This document shows, one piece after another, positions 1 to 15,086 of a stretch of DNA of 64,000 nucleotides. Within the stretch, counting starts at the first letter, position 1; each line of letters opens with the position of its first letter. This DNA is from Protoeuglena noctilucae. Its lineage: Eukaryota. The notes under the pieces are model-generated. The model saw only the letters and a list, made by a program, of their open reading frames with translations, was not told where the DNA came from and made no database searches. Both the position numbers and the translations under genes were made by a program. The DNA lies in contig OY253684.1 of the NCBI GenBank assembly GCA_958009085.1, positions 620,001-684,000 on the forward strand, in the 5' to 3' direction.

Positions 1-906
1 ATGCCTGCCGGGGTGAAGATGATTGATTTCTTGACGCGAGTGGCGGCGGACGCGGCCGCGGGCGAGTGGGAGGGCGTGGCAAGGCCCGACGTGCTGCTGG
101 ACCGTCTGGGCTTCCCTCGCCCCAGGCAGCAGCAGCTCGTGGGGTCGCTGTCGGGCGGGGAGCTTCGGAGGCTCCACCTGGCGTCCGTGCTCGTCGGCAA
201 CCCCAACTTCCTGTTGGTGAGGACCCACGCAGAGCGGTGCCCGAGCCGCCTGCGGGCCGAGGCTCCAGCGCCACATGGCGTCATCTCATCGTTCCCGGCC
301 CTCGTCTCGCAGTTGGACGAGCCGACCAATGACTTGGACCTGGCCACGGTGGAGTCTCTGGAAGAGACGCTGGAGAGCTTCCCGGGCACACTCGTGGTCG
401 TGTCGCACGACAGGGCCTTTCTGGAGAACAGCGCGGACCGCTTGCTGGTGCTGTCGGGGAGTGGCGACGGCGTGGTGCGGCTCTTCGAGGGATCGTACAC
501 GGACTTTGTCGATTCGGGGCTCAAGGAGGACCAGGGCACAGAGGAGGGGCCCGCAGGGGGTGGGCGAGCGGCACCGCGGGCTGGCGTGGGCGCGAGGGAC
601 GGGAACGGGAGCGGTTCGGCGGCGAGTGAGGGTCCCAAGCCCGCAAAGCCGCGGCGCCTGAGTAACTGGGAGGAGCGGGAGCTGAGGGAGCTCGAGGTCG
701 AGGTGGCGAGGCTGGAGGAGCGGCTGGGGGAGCTGGGCGTGGAGATGGAGGCGCAGAGCGCAGAGGGCGATTATGGGGCGGTGGCACGCACGGGCGAGGA
801 GATGGCGAGGGTGGAGGCGGAGCTGCAGGGCAAGTCGGACCGCTGGCTGGCCCTGGCTGAGGTGGCTGAGGCGGCAGCGGCGGCCGGTGGCGGGGGTGGG
901 CTGTAG
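1..906 (+). CDS. ABC-F family ATPase (Uup-like), C-terminal part; gene probably begins before the window
   Basis: Second ABC domain: signature LSGGELRRL, Walker B/D-loop LL|LDEPTNDLD (joined by removing in-frame GT-AG intron 217-312), H-switch VVSHDRAFL, then a C-terminal coiled coil (LSNWEERELRELE...RWLALAE). Stop TAG at 904-906. Confidence 0.9.
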   Translation: MPAGVKMIDFLTRVAADAAAGEWEGVARPDVLLDRLGFPRPRQQQLVGSLSGGELRRLHLASVLVGNPNFLLVRTHAERCPSRLRAEAPAPHGVISSFPALVSQLDEPTNDLDLATVESLEETLESFPGTLVVVSHDRAFLENSADRLLVLSGSGDGVVRLFEGSYTDFVDSGLKEDQGTEEGPAGGGRAAPRAGVGARDGNGSGSAASEGPKPAKPRRLSNWEERELRELEVEVARLEERLGELGVEMEAQSAEGDYGAVARTGEEMARVEAELQGKSDRWLALAEVAEAAAAAGGGGGL

Positions 907-1692
907 GTCCCTCATGCTGGAGACCCGTTGAGGGATGCACCTATGCCTGCTGCGTTATCCCCCGCCTCCCTCCCCATCTGCGCCGCGTCGGTGTGCATCC
1001 CTGATTGTTGTGCCCCTCGTTGATGTGCCATGATGCTGCAGGCTCTGGCTGGTCGTGGTTGTACCAGGGTGGGTGCGACAGCTCGCATTGAGAATAGCGC
1101 ACCCCGTAGCTGGAGCATCCCCTTGTCGAAGCAGCAACAAGCGCCTGGCGTCAGATCCTGTCCACGTCAGCACCATCCAAGCGCATTCACATTCCCGTAG
1201 CTCGCGGTGCACCTTGTCATCTCACTCCACCTCATCTCATCCGCCGCCTTCGTCCGTCCCACTTCCCAGCGCTTTGACACGGAGCACGAGTGGTGAGCAG
1301 CCCCGGCGATCTGTGCTGACGCTGTCGGAGTGGCCCTGGCTGTCGATTTCAATTTAAGGTTGTCGCGCTCATCTGGAGGCCGGCTTGGGCACCCTCCCGG
1401 CCTCGGAGCGATTCGATAGACGTGGCGAGGTCTTGGCGCCCGCGACGGCAATAATTCTTTATCGGTTTTCCGCCGAGCACCTTCCTTTTTCCCGCTTGCA
1501 GTATCTGGGGGGTGCGGCACGCTGTGTAGTCCTCCGAGCGGCGCGAGGGGCCCCTGTGACCTACGACGCTGAGGCGTGCTGCCTCGGGGCGCGCAGGAGG
1601 GCCGAGCGTTCGCGTTTACAGTTGCGCTGCCTTCGTAACGTCTGTCCTGGGCTCGCGGACATCGCCGCGCTGGCAAGAGCGCGCGCGCTGGG

Positions 1693-4600
1693 ATGACGTC
1701 CCCGCTGTCGTGGGTGGGCTGGAGCTACGCGGAGCCTCGGCCTCAGGGCCAGCCGTACTACGATGACTGGGTGCAGCTGAACAGAAAGGTGAGGGCGGCG
1801 TCGCCCTTCCCGGGATTGCGGTCGCGCCGACGTGACGAAATCCCGTCATCGACACACGCGATTCCGCCGTCCCCGCGAGCCAAGAGACCCGTTTCGGCGC
1901 CCTCGCAGATCCTCGAGGATGCCAACATTGCCACTGCAGAGGGCGCTGGCCCCGCCGCGTGCGAAGGCAAGGTTTCGACGCGGGCCGACGGGAGCGTCGT
2001 CCACCCAGGCGAGTCTTTTGCGGCCCCGGGGAGGTCCAGAGACCCCGCGCGCGAGTCCGCCGCGCGTCAGCTCAGCTTATCGACTTGTCTTCGCAGTCCT
2101 GCTCGTGCCCGGGATCTGCGGCAGCATTTTGACGGTGCACCAGCGGGGCGTGCCTCCGTGGCGCGCGTGGATCGTCCTCGAGCACTCCGATGACCAGTTC
2201 CGGTATCTGTTGGGCCGCTTTGACCCGGAGAACGGCACCTTCCGCGCTCTGAGCGACGGGGTCCGGACCGGCGCGACGCTGTCTCATGCCGTGGGCGACG
2301 GCGCGCTGCGGGAGGCAGTGGCGTCTCCCGCGGGTGCAGCCGCGGCAGGCACGCGCGGCGACGCCAGCCGCGGCATCGGGTGGGCCGCGGGGGCGCTTCT
2401 GGAGCGCGCTCGTTCGGGGACGGGGGTGGCCCTGGGCGTGGCAATGGCGGATGCGGACGACAACCCCGACGTCACCATCGTGCCTGGGGTGCCGGGAGAC
2501 GACACGGGCCTGGCCGGCATCAGCGTGTTGGACCCGGACATGATTGCCCCGGTCAACGCCCTCCACTACTACTACGACATGATCAAGTACCTCGAGTCAC
2601 AGGGCTACGTCGACGGGCAGACTCTCTTCGGCTTCCCTTTCGACTTCCGCCAGTCGAACCGCGCCCACTGCACGCTGGTGAGCGCGCGGACTCGATCGCG
2701 ACGCCGCTGCTGCACGACGTGACGCCTCAACTCGTTTCTGGCCGTGGGACAGCCGCTGCCAGCGCGCGTTGGATGACCACATGCCTCTGCGTTGGATTTT
2801 GCACCCATCCATCGCAGCGAACATCGCCATTGGCTTCGCGCAGGACCTTTTGGAGAGCATGCTGGAGACGGCATACGAGAAGGCGGGGGGCTGCAAGGTC
2901 GACATTGTGTCGCACTCGATGGGGGGCCTCGTCATCAAGGCCTTCCTCGCCCTGCGCCCCCAAGTGTACGAGCGCCTCGTGCGCAAGTGGATCACGGTCG
3001 CCACGCCTTTCCAGGCGAGCTGCCGCCTGCTGATCTCACCCCATCGCCCCGCGCCGTCGCCAGCGCTGCGCTGGAGATTGAGGCCTCAACCCGCGTGCTC
3101 TGACCTCGACCGCCGCTGCAGGGCGCCCCGGGCTACGGCATGGACGCCCTCACGACCGGCGTCAAGTTCGTCAGCGGATGGGAGGAGTACTTCTTCGTGC
3201 ACCGCGACACATTCCGGCTTCTGGCAGCCCAGAGCCCCGCCATGTTCGAGCTCCTTCCCCCTCCCGGCGTGGACCTGGCGCATTTCTGCGGGCGGTGCCG
3301 GGACCGGGGGTGCAGCGGGCCCTGCGTCGTGGGCCACCATGGCACGTCAAAGGCGAGGCTCGCGTGCTGCTGAGGGCAGCGGCGGGGGTGGGCTCTGACC
3401 CAGAGCTCCCGAAGTTTCGGTTTCGTTAGTTCTGCCGACGTGTAGAGCATCGTGCGTGGGTGGGCAGCTCCCTTGTGTCCCGCTCGCGCGCAGGGGTCGG
3501 ACCCGTCACTCGTGCCGTGCGTGACCGTGTGGGTCAAGGAGGGCGGCACCCTGCACCGGACCTTGCTCGAGATGGGCGCGACACCCGCTCCCGACGACGT
3601 TGATATTCACGCGGCCTGGCCGGCCTGCCCTTGCTGCCAGGCGCAGAGCAGCAGCCAGGCGCCCGCTTCCGCAGCCGCACCTGCGCCCGTCACATACAGC
3701 GACGTCGTGTCGGGGCGCAGCCGGCGGGTGTCCGCGGCCGAGGCGAACGCGGCAGTTGCACCCGCACGCGCTGCGCCGCCGGCGTGCTCCCGAGGGCATG
3801 TGGCCGTGACGAGAGCAGAGGCGGGCGCGGGCAGGGCCGAGTGCCCGGGGCCGGCGGCCGGGCACGCATGGGAGCACTGCGACGTGGGCACGTGGTGCCC
3901 CAAGTGCCGGGTGCACGCTCGGTGGGACCTGGCCCCACCACGGACCGGGGCGGAGCTGGACGTGTCGGTGAGCAGGTCGGATGTGGACGTCGATGTCCGA
4001 GTCGGGCCCTTGGCGGTGGGCGTGACGCTGCATCCGAGCCGAAAGGGCGGTGGCGAGGGCGGCCAGGAAGGGGGCGCCCTGGCTGCGACGCTGGGCGGGG
4101 CACCTGGTGGCGTGGACGAGGGTGGCGCGTCCGGCAAGGCGTCCGCCGGTGACAGCGACGCTCAGCCAGCGGTAGCTGCGGCAGATGTGCGTGTCGCAGC
4201 ACACGAGGAGTCCGCTTCCGCCGCGGTGGGGGCTCCAGGACGAGTGCCGCAGCGCGTGGTGACCGACGCGCACGACACAGACGGCGCGTCGGTCGGAGGG
4301 TTCCTGCCCGGCGCGGGCGGCCACGGCGGCAACGCGGACGGTTCAATGGACAAGCTCGGCGGGGTGAAGCTGGTCTTCCCGCTCCACGGCGGTGACCCCG
4401 CGCCTGAGGGCGCCGTGGCGACGTTCCTGGACCTGCTCCGGTCTCGCATGGAGCAGGACGTGGTGGACATCCCAGGTGAGGGGTGGTTCTGGGAGTAACC
4501 GAGGAGCTTGCACTTAGCGTGCGGGTGCAGTGGAGGTCGCGATGACTCGCATGGGCTTCGCAGGGTTTCATCAGCCCCCTCCCATCCCGCGCCTGATGCA

Positions 4601-4978
4601 GGCATGAAGGGCCGCACGACGCGCATGCCCTTCTCGGAGGCCGTGCCGGCGTGGGCGGCGGAGACACGTGCCATCCTGAAGGAGGCGGAGCTGCCCGAGG
4701 GGTGCGCGTTCATGAACATTTGCGGGTACGGGCAGCCGACGCCCGTGAGCGTGGAGTACGGGAGCAAGGGCCAGCCGCTGGACCGCGCCTGCGACTTGGA
4801 CGGTGCGGACGGCACCTACGCAACGTGCGAGGGCGACGGCGTGGTGCCGCTTGCGTCGGCCTACAACGACGGCCTCCGCGCATCGGCGCGCGTCACGATG
4901 AAGGGCGACCACCGGGGCATCCTGGTCGACCCTGCCGTCATGAGGGTCGTGTTAGACTGGCTTACGTGCGAGATGTGA
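1693..4978 (+). CDS. LCAT-like phospholipase/acyltransferase (plant LCAT3/LCAT4 type), 7 exons
   Basis: PVLLVPGICGSIL, GFPFDFRQSNR, nucleophile elbow VSHSMGG, ATPFQ|GAPG, C-terminal GDGVVPLASA and GDHRGIL (Ser/Asp/His triad). Introns 1789-1908, 2009-2096 (GC), 2678-2843, 3015-3121 (GC), 3353-3493 (GC), 4476-4601. Confidence 0.88.
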
Positions 4979-5165
4979 CGCGGGCCGGCAGGGCGCGGAG
5001 CACTGGTCCAGCGCGCGCATTCAAGCTGCGAGGTTGAATGAAGTGGTTGCGCACAACAACATTGTCGAAGGGTCCTTGCAGCTCTGGGGCAGTGCGTCAT
5101 CATGCGAGCCGACAAGGGAAATGCGTGCAAAGCCACACGCGCCTCTCACGGCCGCAAGCAGTCCG

Positions 5166-7497
<2,332 letters not shown>

Positions 7498-7576
7498 CTT
7501 CAGATGTTAGCGTTGTCATGGCGATAATCTGACCCGGCACAGCCCGCTGCGGGCCGGCGAGGGGATCGCTGGGGCG

Positions 7577-10500
7577 ATGGCTCAACAACAGCGCCGGGCC
7601 GACGGGTTCGAGCTCAAGGATGGCGATTGCGTCCGTCTCTTCAACGTCCATGGCTGGTAAGTGCATGGCGGTATGCATCAACGGCCTTTCGCGCGTCCTG
7701 GTCGGCCACCTGCTCCGTGCAAACACGGCGAAGTTGCGCGAGGGTCGTGCTTTGTTCACAAGCTGTTTCTCAGCAGCTTGCTGAGCGCAGAACGCACCTG
7801 ATATATGTGAAATAGCGTCGTGTGTGTAATCTCGACCGCAGGCCCCTCATCGCCGTGGACATCGACGATGGGAGCTGGGCGCTCGTTCCCGTCGACCCGT
7901 CCGCCGCACAGGCATCCTTTGCCGGGGCATCGAGCTCAAAAGCAGGTGTGTATGGATTGCCTTCTAACTCGCGAGACCTCCACCGGCTTCTAAGTACGCA
8001 CAGGCACAGAGCACGAGATCGTCATGCGTGCGACGTATCCCCCGTGCCTCCTTCGCAGGCCTCCTGCGCGTGAGGCTCACCCCGGACGCATTCCTGGGCT
8101 TCCAAAGCGCTCTGACAGGAGAGCGGTATTTGACAATCGTCCCGCGGGGTGGCCAACGCTACGCCTTCCGTGTGCGGACGTTTGGCCACCAGGCTCACTT
8201 CACCCTGGAGCCCCCGGGGCCTGGGACCCCCGCCTCGCGCCGTACCGCAATGCTCCGAACGCCCTCGGGCCCCTCGCGCCCGCCCCTGGCCACGCCGGGG
8301 ACAGAGACCAGGCAAGGCGACAGACCATGAGGCGACCCCACAGGCTCATCGGGCTGACCGTTGTCATTCGCTTCAAAGGCCTTCTGAACCCCTTCGCTCC
8401 GCAGCGACAGCTCTGGTGACTCTTGGCTCGAGTCTCCCCTGGCGCTCCTCACCCGGGCCGCGAGGCCGGACCTGGACGACGACAGCAGCGCGGACTCAGG
8501 GCAGGCGGTCCAGTCAGGGTCCTCCGAGGGAGGCTTTCCCCCGGCTTTGGAGTTCGGCGGGGGCATGGGGCACGCAGCGACCGGTCAGGGCGCGGCATGG
8601 CCCCAGGAGTGCCCGTCTGTCGATGGGGCCTCGTGGGTGGTCCCTGCGGTCCTGTCGTCGCGGACGCACCCGGGTCTCAAGGAACGCGTGTATGTCGCGC
8701 TTGTCGCTGACGCCGGGCCTCCCAGCGATCTCATGCTCGGCAGTGCGGCCTTCAGCATGGCTGCGAGGGGCATGGGCGATGTTCACGACGACACCCGGGA
8801 CGGCATCGAGGATATGCGGGGCGTCCCGGGGGTCGGTAGGGCGACTCACGTCCGCCGGAGGTCGTCGGATGCGGCGCAGGAGGCGAGGGGCCTCTGGCAT
8901 GAGAGGGGCGGGGAGAGGGTGTCGGACGCCTCAGATGCGTTTGAGATTCGGGAGCAGCTCTTGAGCGCGGTGATGGCTCTCTTAGACGCACGACTGGCGG
9001 AGATGGGCATCGCGACGAGCGCAGGACGCCCGGATGGCTCAGTTGCATCTCTGCCGGCCCTGCTGGGCTCCCGCGGGGCGACCAGGGCAGAGGCTTTGCC
9101 TGGCTTTGGGACCCCTGGGATCGAAGGCGGCGCGGGTGCGTCTTCGCTCAGCAGAGAGGGCAGCGCTGGGCTGGCTGAGGGGCTTTTGGAGGAAGCCCTG
9201 GTCCGCGTGAGCTCCATCAGCGCATGGGGCGAGGACACGAGGCGTGACGGTGATGGGCAGAGCGCTGACGCTGACAGGGAGGAAGAAGAGTCACGCCCAC
9301 GTTTCAGCAGGGAGCGAGGCACGGCGGGGGACGCAGGGGAGCTCGTCGCAGCAGCACGCGAGCCTCATTGGGAGGGGACGTTCCTGGACTTTGGCCAGCG
9401 GCTAGCTTATTGGGTACGGGCACGGGCACATGCCGTGACGGGACGCGCGTTTGCGGCGTGGGCGGAGGCAACGTGGGGATCCGACACGCAAGGGGGGGCG
9501 GAGGGACTGGAGGGCGAGAGAAGGGAAGGGCACGACAGTGTGGCTGTGCGGGGTGCGAGCGGGCGAGGGCGCGAGAGGCCAAGCCGTGGGCTCGCGTGGG
9601 AGGCACACCGGGAGTCGCTGATTGCGTGGCGACTAGAAGGCTGGGTGACGCGGCGGGCGCTGGGCCTGACGAGGCGGGCGTGGGATGCGTGGGTCAGTCG
9701 GCGGGAGCAGGCTGCGCCAGCAAGGGCGCATCTGCAGGTGTGTCATTGTCAAAGCCTAGCCGCGGTTTCCTGGGCGTGTGTTTCCATGTTACCTTGCATG
9801 CACGCGCCAACCTTGCACGCTCTCGCTGCCTGCAGGCAACACTCCGGCGGTGTTTCGTGTCCCGCCAGCCGCCCACTCTGCATGAGATTTTCGTGACGTG
9901 GCGGGACACCCTGGAGCGCCGGGCCCTGCATGGGCAGCTCCTGGCGCGTGCCGTGCTGCGCATGTCTCAGCTGCGCATGCGGTGGGCCCTGCACCACTGG
10001 GCCCTCCAGGTGAAGCGAGCGCGGGTCATGGGGGCGCGGCTGGCGGCGTGGGTCGGGGCGCGGGAGGCCAGGACTGCATCCGGGGTCCTGCATTCGTGGC
10101 ACGCCCTCGCGCGGGTTCGGGCCGCGGGGCGCGCAGCACTCACGCACAGCATGGCGAGCGCGGCGCGGGCAGCGCGCGAACGGACCGCGAGGGACGTGCT
10201 GTGGCAGTGGCGGCGGTGGGCCACGGAGCGTGTGCGCCGTCGGGTGACCGGGGAGCGACTGCAGGTTAAGCTCGACGAGGCGCTGGTCAGGCGGACGTTC
10301 GGGTGAGCCAGTCTCGGCAGCTGACGACTGCAGGCGTTGGGGCGCTTTGTCAGGTAGCACGCTGGGCAGAGCATGTCGACAGACGTACACGTGACGAACA
10401 AGGGCCAGGGCGGTTTGTCACAGCACAGTTGCGCCAGTGATGTACTTGTGGTCAGTATAAAGACTTTGTCCATTGCGGCTGCCAAGGAACTCCATCGCAC

Positions 10501-13500
10501 GGCGATGTGCGTGCAGGTTGTGGAAGGCAGCGGCGGGTGCCACCGCGGCAGAGACACGGAGGGGCGCGGCAGCGGGGCAGCTGCTAGCGGGGGCGCTGGG
10601 CCGCACCAGCCGCGCGCTGCTGCGTGCCGCGATGCACCGGTGGCGCGACGAGACTCAGAGGACCCAGGCAAGTGCAAATGGGGGCGCTGGGGCTGCTGAA
10701 AGGCCTAGGGCCTTGGAATCACAAGCGCATGAACGTGGCGGAGCCGTCTTGGCTAACCGGGCCCCGCACTGCACATCCTCAACGGCGCCCGCGCTGTCCG
10801 CAGGCGCTGGAGTTCAAGTGTACGTCCCTGGTGGCCCGCCGAGACTGGCTGAGGAAGCGCGCTGTCTTCCGGGCGTGGCGTGGGGCGGCGGTGGAGACGC
10901 GCGTGCATGCGCATCGCCTGGCGAGCTTCGTGAACGCTCGCGCCCACGCCGTGCAGTCGCGCGCCTTCGGTGCGTGGAAGGCCCTGACGGCTCGGTTCGC
11001 TGCAGCTCGTGCAGCCCTGGCCGTGTCGGTGCGGGCGGCAGCAGGCGCGGTCTCCCAGGCCAGCCTCCTGCGGGCGTCCCTCGTCGGCTGGGCCGAGGTC
11101 GCCAACGAGGGTGCCCAGGTCGCGGAGACGACCGCCTTGCGCGCGTCGCGGGTGCTGCAGAACCGCAGAGAGCGCCGCGCTTTCGTGGCGTGGCGCGCAG
11201 AGGCGGTAGCAGCGGCGCAGCGCAGGGCTGCGGCGGACGAGGTGAGGGGTGGCGCTGCCATGCGGAATGCGCAGATGACCTAGAGTCGGGCACCAGCATG
11301 TACCTCTGGGAAGCACCTGCGTGGATTCCTGTGTACACGCGTGACAGGGTGCCGCGTTGCAGAAGCATGCATGTCTTTGATACCTGCAGGCTGCCGTTGC
11401 GCGAGAGCGACGCGCCCTGGTTGCATCCATCCTTGCGTGGCGGGGCGTGGCTGAAGCCGGGGCCCAGGGGCGGGCGCGGGCCGAGGCGAGAGCGGGGTGC
11501 CGTGCGGTGGCTATGCAGCGTGCATGCTTGGTGGCGTGGGCAGAGCAGCGGGAGCTGGGCAGGGAGCGGAGGGCGGAGGCGAAGCGGCGGGGCTTTGAGA
11601 TGTTCGTCAGGCGCAACCGCCGGACGTGCGTAGCGGTGTTGCGAGCTTGGGCGGGGGAGGCGGCCGACGGTCAGCGCCGGCGGGAAGCAGCGGAGGAGGT
11701 AGCCGAGCGGCGGTTGCGGCGTCTGGCTCAGAGCGTGTTCCAGGCGTGGGCTGCGGTGCGACGTGGGGCTGCGGAGGAGTCTCCTGGGGCTTCTACCACA
11801 AGCGGGGATTATGCGGCAATGGCAATGACACCGGCGAGGAGCACACCGTGGGCTCTGCTGAGGCGCGTGTGGGACCGCCGCCTGCTGCGGTCAGCCCTGG
11901 AACGCTGGCGCGAGGTGAGCGGGGTCAGGGTGAAGCCACATGTGCTGCCCTGTGCGCTTGCACCATCGATGCAAGATGCTTGGATCCTCAGCCCTGGTGC
12001 GCCCTTGCCGCACCTGCCATCGCATCTACGATCCCTGCATCGTTACACCACTGCGCAGGTGGCCGGTGCGTCGCCCCAGCAAGCGGCCCTGGTGCAGATA
12101 CTGAGGCGGCGCTTGGAGCGTGCCGTGGCGCGGCGTGCGATGCTGGCGTGGGGACACGTGGCCTGGGAGAGGTCGCAGATCGAGGCCATTCTCGCGATGT
12201 TCCGGCAGCGGGTGCAGCTCCGGGCCACGCGAGAGGCGTTTGGGGCGTGGCGGGACGCGGCGGATGCTTGGTCCGACGATGAGGCGATGGCGGCAGCGGG
12301 GAGGCTGCACGCGAGGAGGAAAGCCAAGGCTATGCTGTGGGCGTGGCGCGGGGCTGCAGAGAGCGCCCGTGCGACGGCGGAGGGGCTGGCGGTATGGGGT
12401 GCGCGGGCGTGGCATCGGTGCGCCGGGCGGGTTTTGCAGGCGTGGCGGGGCGCAGCACGCGATCAGCGCGCGGAGGAAGAGCGACGGGGCAGGGAAGCAC
12501 TGGCTTTGGCGTTCGCTGCCTGGGTGCTCGTGGCACGCCAGGGGCGACTGGCGAAGAGGGCGGCCGTGGCCGTCGCGGCGTCCCGGGAACGTGCTTTGGT
12601 CCAAAAGGTCTTCTTGGCTTGGCAGGCGCTCGTTTTGGCTGACAGGCAAGAGGCAGTGGCTGCGCGCGAGCACGACGTAGGGAGTCGCACGAGCTGCGGC
12701 GTTGCACGGGCGTTTGACTAGCACGTCATGCGGGAGACTGACCCTTTCGTACAGCCATCTGCGAGCGTGCAGCTCGAGATACTCACTATCTCTCACAATC
12801 TTTCGACGTGCAGGTCCATCAACGCGCCCGAGGTCCAGGCAGGGTCGCTTCGTGTGTCTGACGCGCTGCGCCAGTGGGTAGCAGTGGCCCGGGTGAGGTG
12901 TCGGGTGCACAACGAGTAGAATGTGCAAGTGGGCGGCCATGTTTATGCCCACGCCTGCCGTACCACACAGCCTCGCCTTTTGCTGATTGATGTGACGCGT
13001 TTCGTGATTGCAGGAATCGAAACGCAGAGGCACTCTGTCGGACTCACTCTTCGCAGTCCGCACGAGGCTCGCTCACACCTCGCTCCTGCGCGCGTGCCTG
13101 GCAGCGTGGGATGCCCTTGCGCGAGCACGCAAGGCCGTCCGCGTCCGCGACGTGTCTCGCTTCCGCGCTCGCGTGGCGCGCCTCCGCGTGACCGCCGCTC
13201 TCCGCGCCTGGAAAGCCGCCGCGGGCAATGCCACTGCCACTGCCGGGCAGGAGCACCGAGAGCCAGCAGGTGCGATGACAGACATGTCACGACTGGATCC
13301 TCAGCCCGACCCAAGTGAATCTACATTCGTGCCATTGACTAGACAGCCCTTTGCCATCGCCGCAGACGACGTTCCCGGGCCGTCGGAGGACCCCGGTGTG
13401 GGAGAGACTGCAGGGGGCGACCATGCTGCGACCGACGCGCTTCCCTCTGCAGCTGTGGGACTCAGCGCCCCCCCGGATCCGGCGGCCCGTCGTCCCTCGG

Positions 13501-15086
13501 TCACCGCCCCTTCCCCAGCGGGCCTGGTGCGCGAGGTGGAACTGCCAGTGGCCGGGCTGAGCGGCCCGTCCCCCCCCGTCGACGACTGCGTGCGGCGGCT
13601 TTTTGACAGGGGTGACAGCCCCGTGCGGGACGGACCCGAACCCGCTGAAGCCGCATCGGAAGCGGCGCAGGCGGTGGATGCGGGACAGGCGGTGCAGGTG
13701 GTGCACGTGTCAACAGGCACCCACCCGACACGCCCAGCCGGGCGCTTTGCCGTGGCGCGGGCGTTTGAGGCGTGGCGCGGCGTCGCGTGGCAGTCCCGCA
13801 CTAATGCTGCGCTCGGCTTGTCGCCTCTCCCTCCAGCTCTCCCGGCCGCCGGCAACGACCCCTCCATGTCGTACCTGGGAAATGCACCTTGGAACGGTGT
13901 GATTGACAAGCAGGGTGGGGCTACGGGGGACGTCGGGCACACAGAGACCAGGGGCGCTCTGTCAGACAGCGCTTGGCGGGGATTGGACCCGAGGGAGTGC
14001 CCCAGCGATGGCACCAGTGCCCCGTTACGCGATGGACATGCCGCGGCCATGCCGCTTGTCGGTGGAGGGCCGGCGGTCAGCGCGGGCGCGCTCACGGGCC
14101 TGTCTGAGGCAGTGAGGGAGATCCTGGCGACAGGGGGACGACACGCGACATCGGGATCGGGCGCGGGTGCGGCTGATGACCGAGCGGCTGCGCTGCTGGG
14201 GCGGGTGCTGACAGAGGCCATCCGCGCGGCTTTCGAGGGCCCAGGACCCATGGGGCGCGTCGCGCAGGGGTACGCTGGGATGGCCCGGCCGACCACCGAT
14301 ACCGCGCAGGCCACCTCCCTGCAGGCCGCTGTGAGCCTGGGCACGTCGCATCCCCGGCCCCCACCCGTGCCGTCAGCGCCGCCCGAGCTGCGAGCCTCAG
14401 CGGCGGTGACTGGCGGGTCTGTGGGCGTCGCGGCTGGGAGCTCTGCGGCTGCGACTGGGGCGTCGCCTGCGGCGGTGGGCCTTGGGATGGACGTCCCTCA
14501 CAGGCATGCGAGCGAACGCCCTCGCATGTCGCAAGGGCCACTCCCCGCTCGGCCTCTGCGGTGCCCGAATGGGATTGCGCATGCGCGGGGCCTGGGGTGG
14601 AAGCCGGGGGACGACTGGGCAGAGGCCGGGGGCCGCGAGGTGCCTCTGTCTGTGAGCGCAGAGGCTGCGCTCAGGGCGGCGCATGCCGTCCTGGCAGGTG
14701 CGGGCGTGGGACCGGATAGCCGCGAGGAGGCCGGCGAGGGGCAGCACAGCATGGTAGGGTTTGACGGCGATTATGCAGAAGGGCTGGCGTCCGTGGATTG
14801 GGGCGGGGTGGCACCAGGTGTCATGGAGGGTTCTCATAGGATCGCGGGACATATCGGTGGCAGCAATGCGGGGCAGCATGCTGGGAGCAGAAGGGGTGCG
14901 GCTGGCAAATGGGGCGCGGGTCAGCCAGTGGGGCGCGGGGCGCCGAAAAGTGAGGTTGCGGGCGAGGGGTGGCCAGGGCTGCAGCACGTGTCGCTTGCGG
15001 AGCGCAGCCCCGTGCGATGCGGTGCTGCGATGGCGATGCGCAGGGCGCTGCAGGCCGGGGCAGGTGCCGAGGGGTGGCCTGGGTGA
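7577..15086 (+). CDS. Large SFI1-like (centrin-binding-type Trp repeat) protein with putative N-terminal beta-trefoil-like domain and low-complexity C-terminus
   Basis: ATG 7577; introns 7657-7841, 7946-8058 and 8312-8404 (GC) keep the frame. Many Ala/Arg-rich helical repeats ending in [FL]xxW[RK] (RAFAAWA, RAVFRAWR, RAFGAWK, RAFVAWR, EAFGAWR, KVFLAWQ, RAFEAWR) between about 9400 and 13800. Exon junctions near 12680-13010 are uncertain. Confidence 0.7.
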
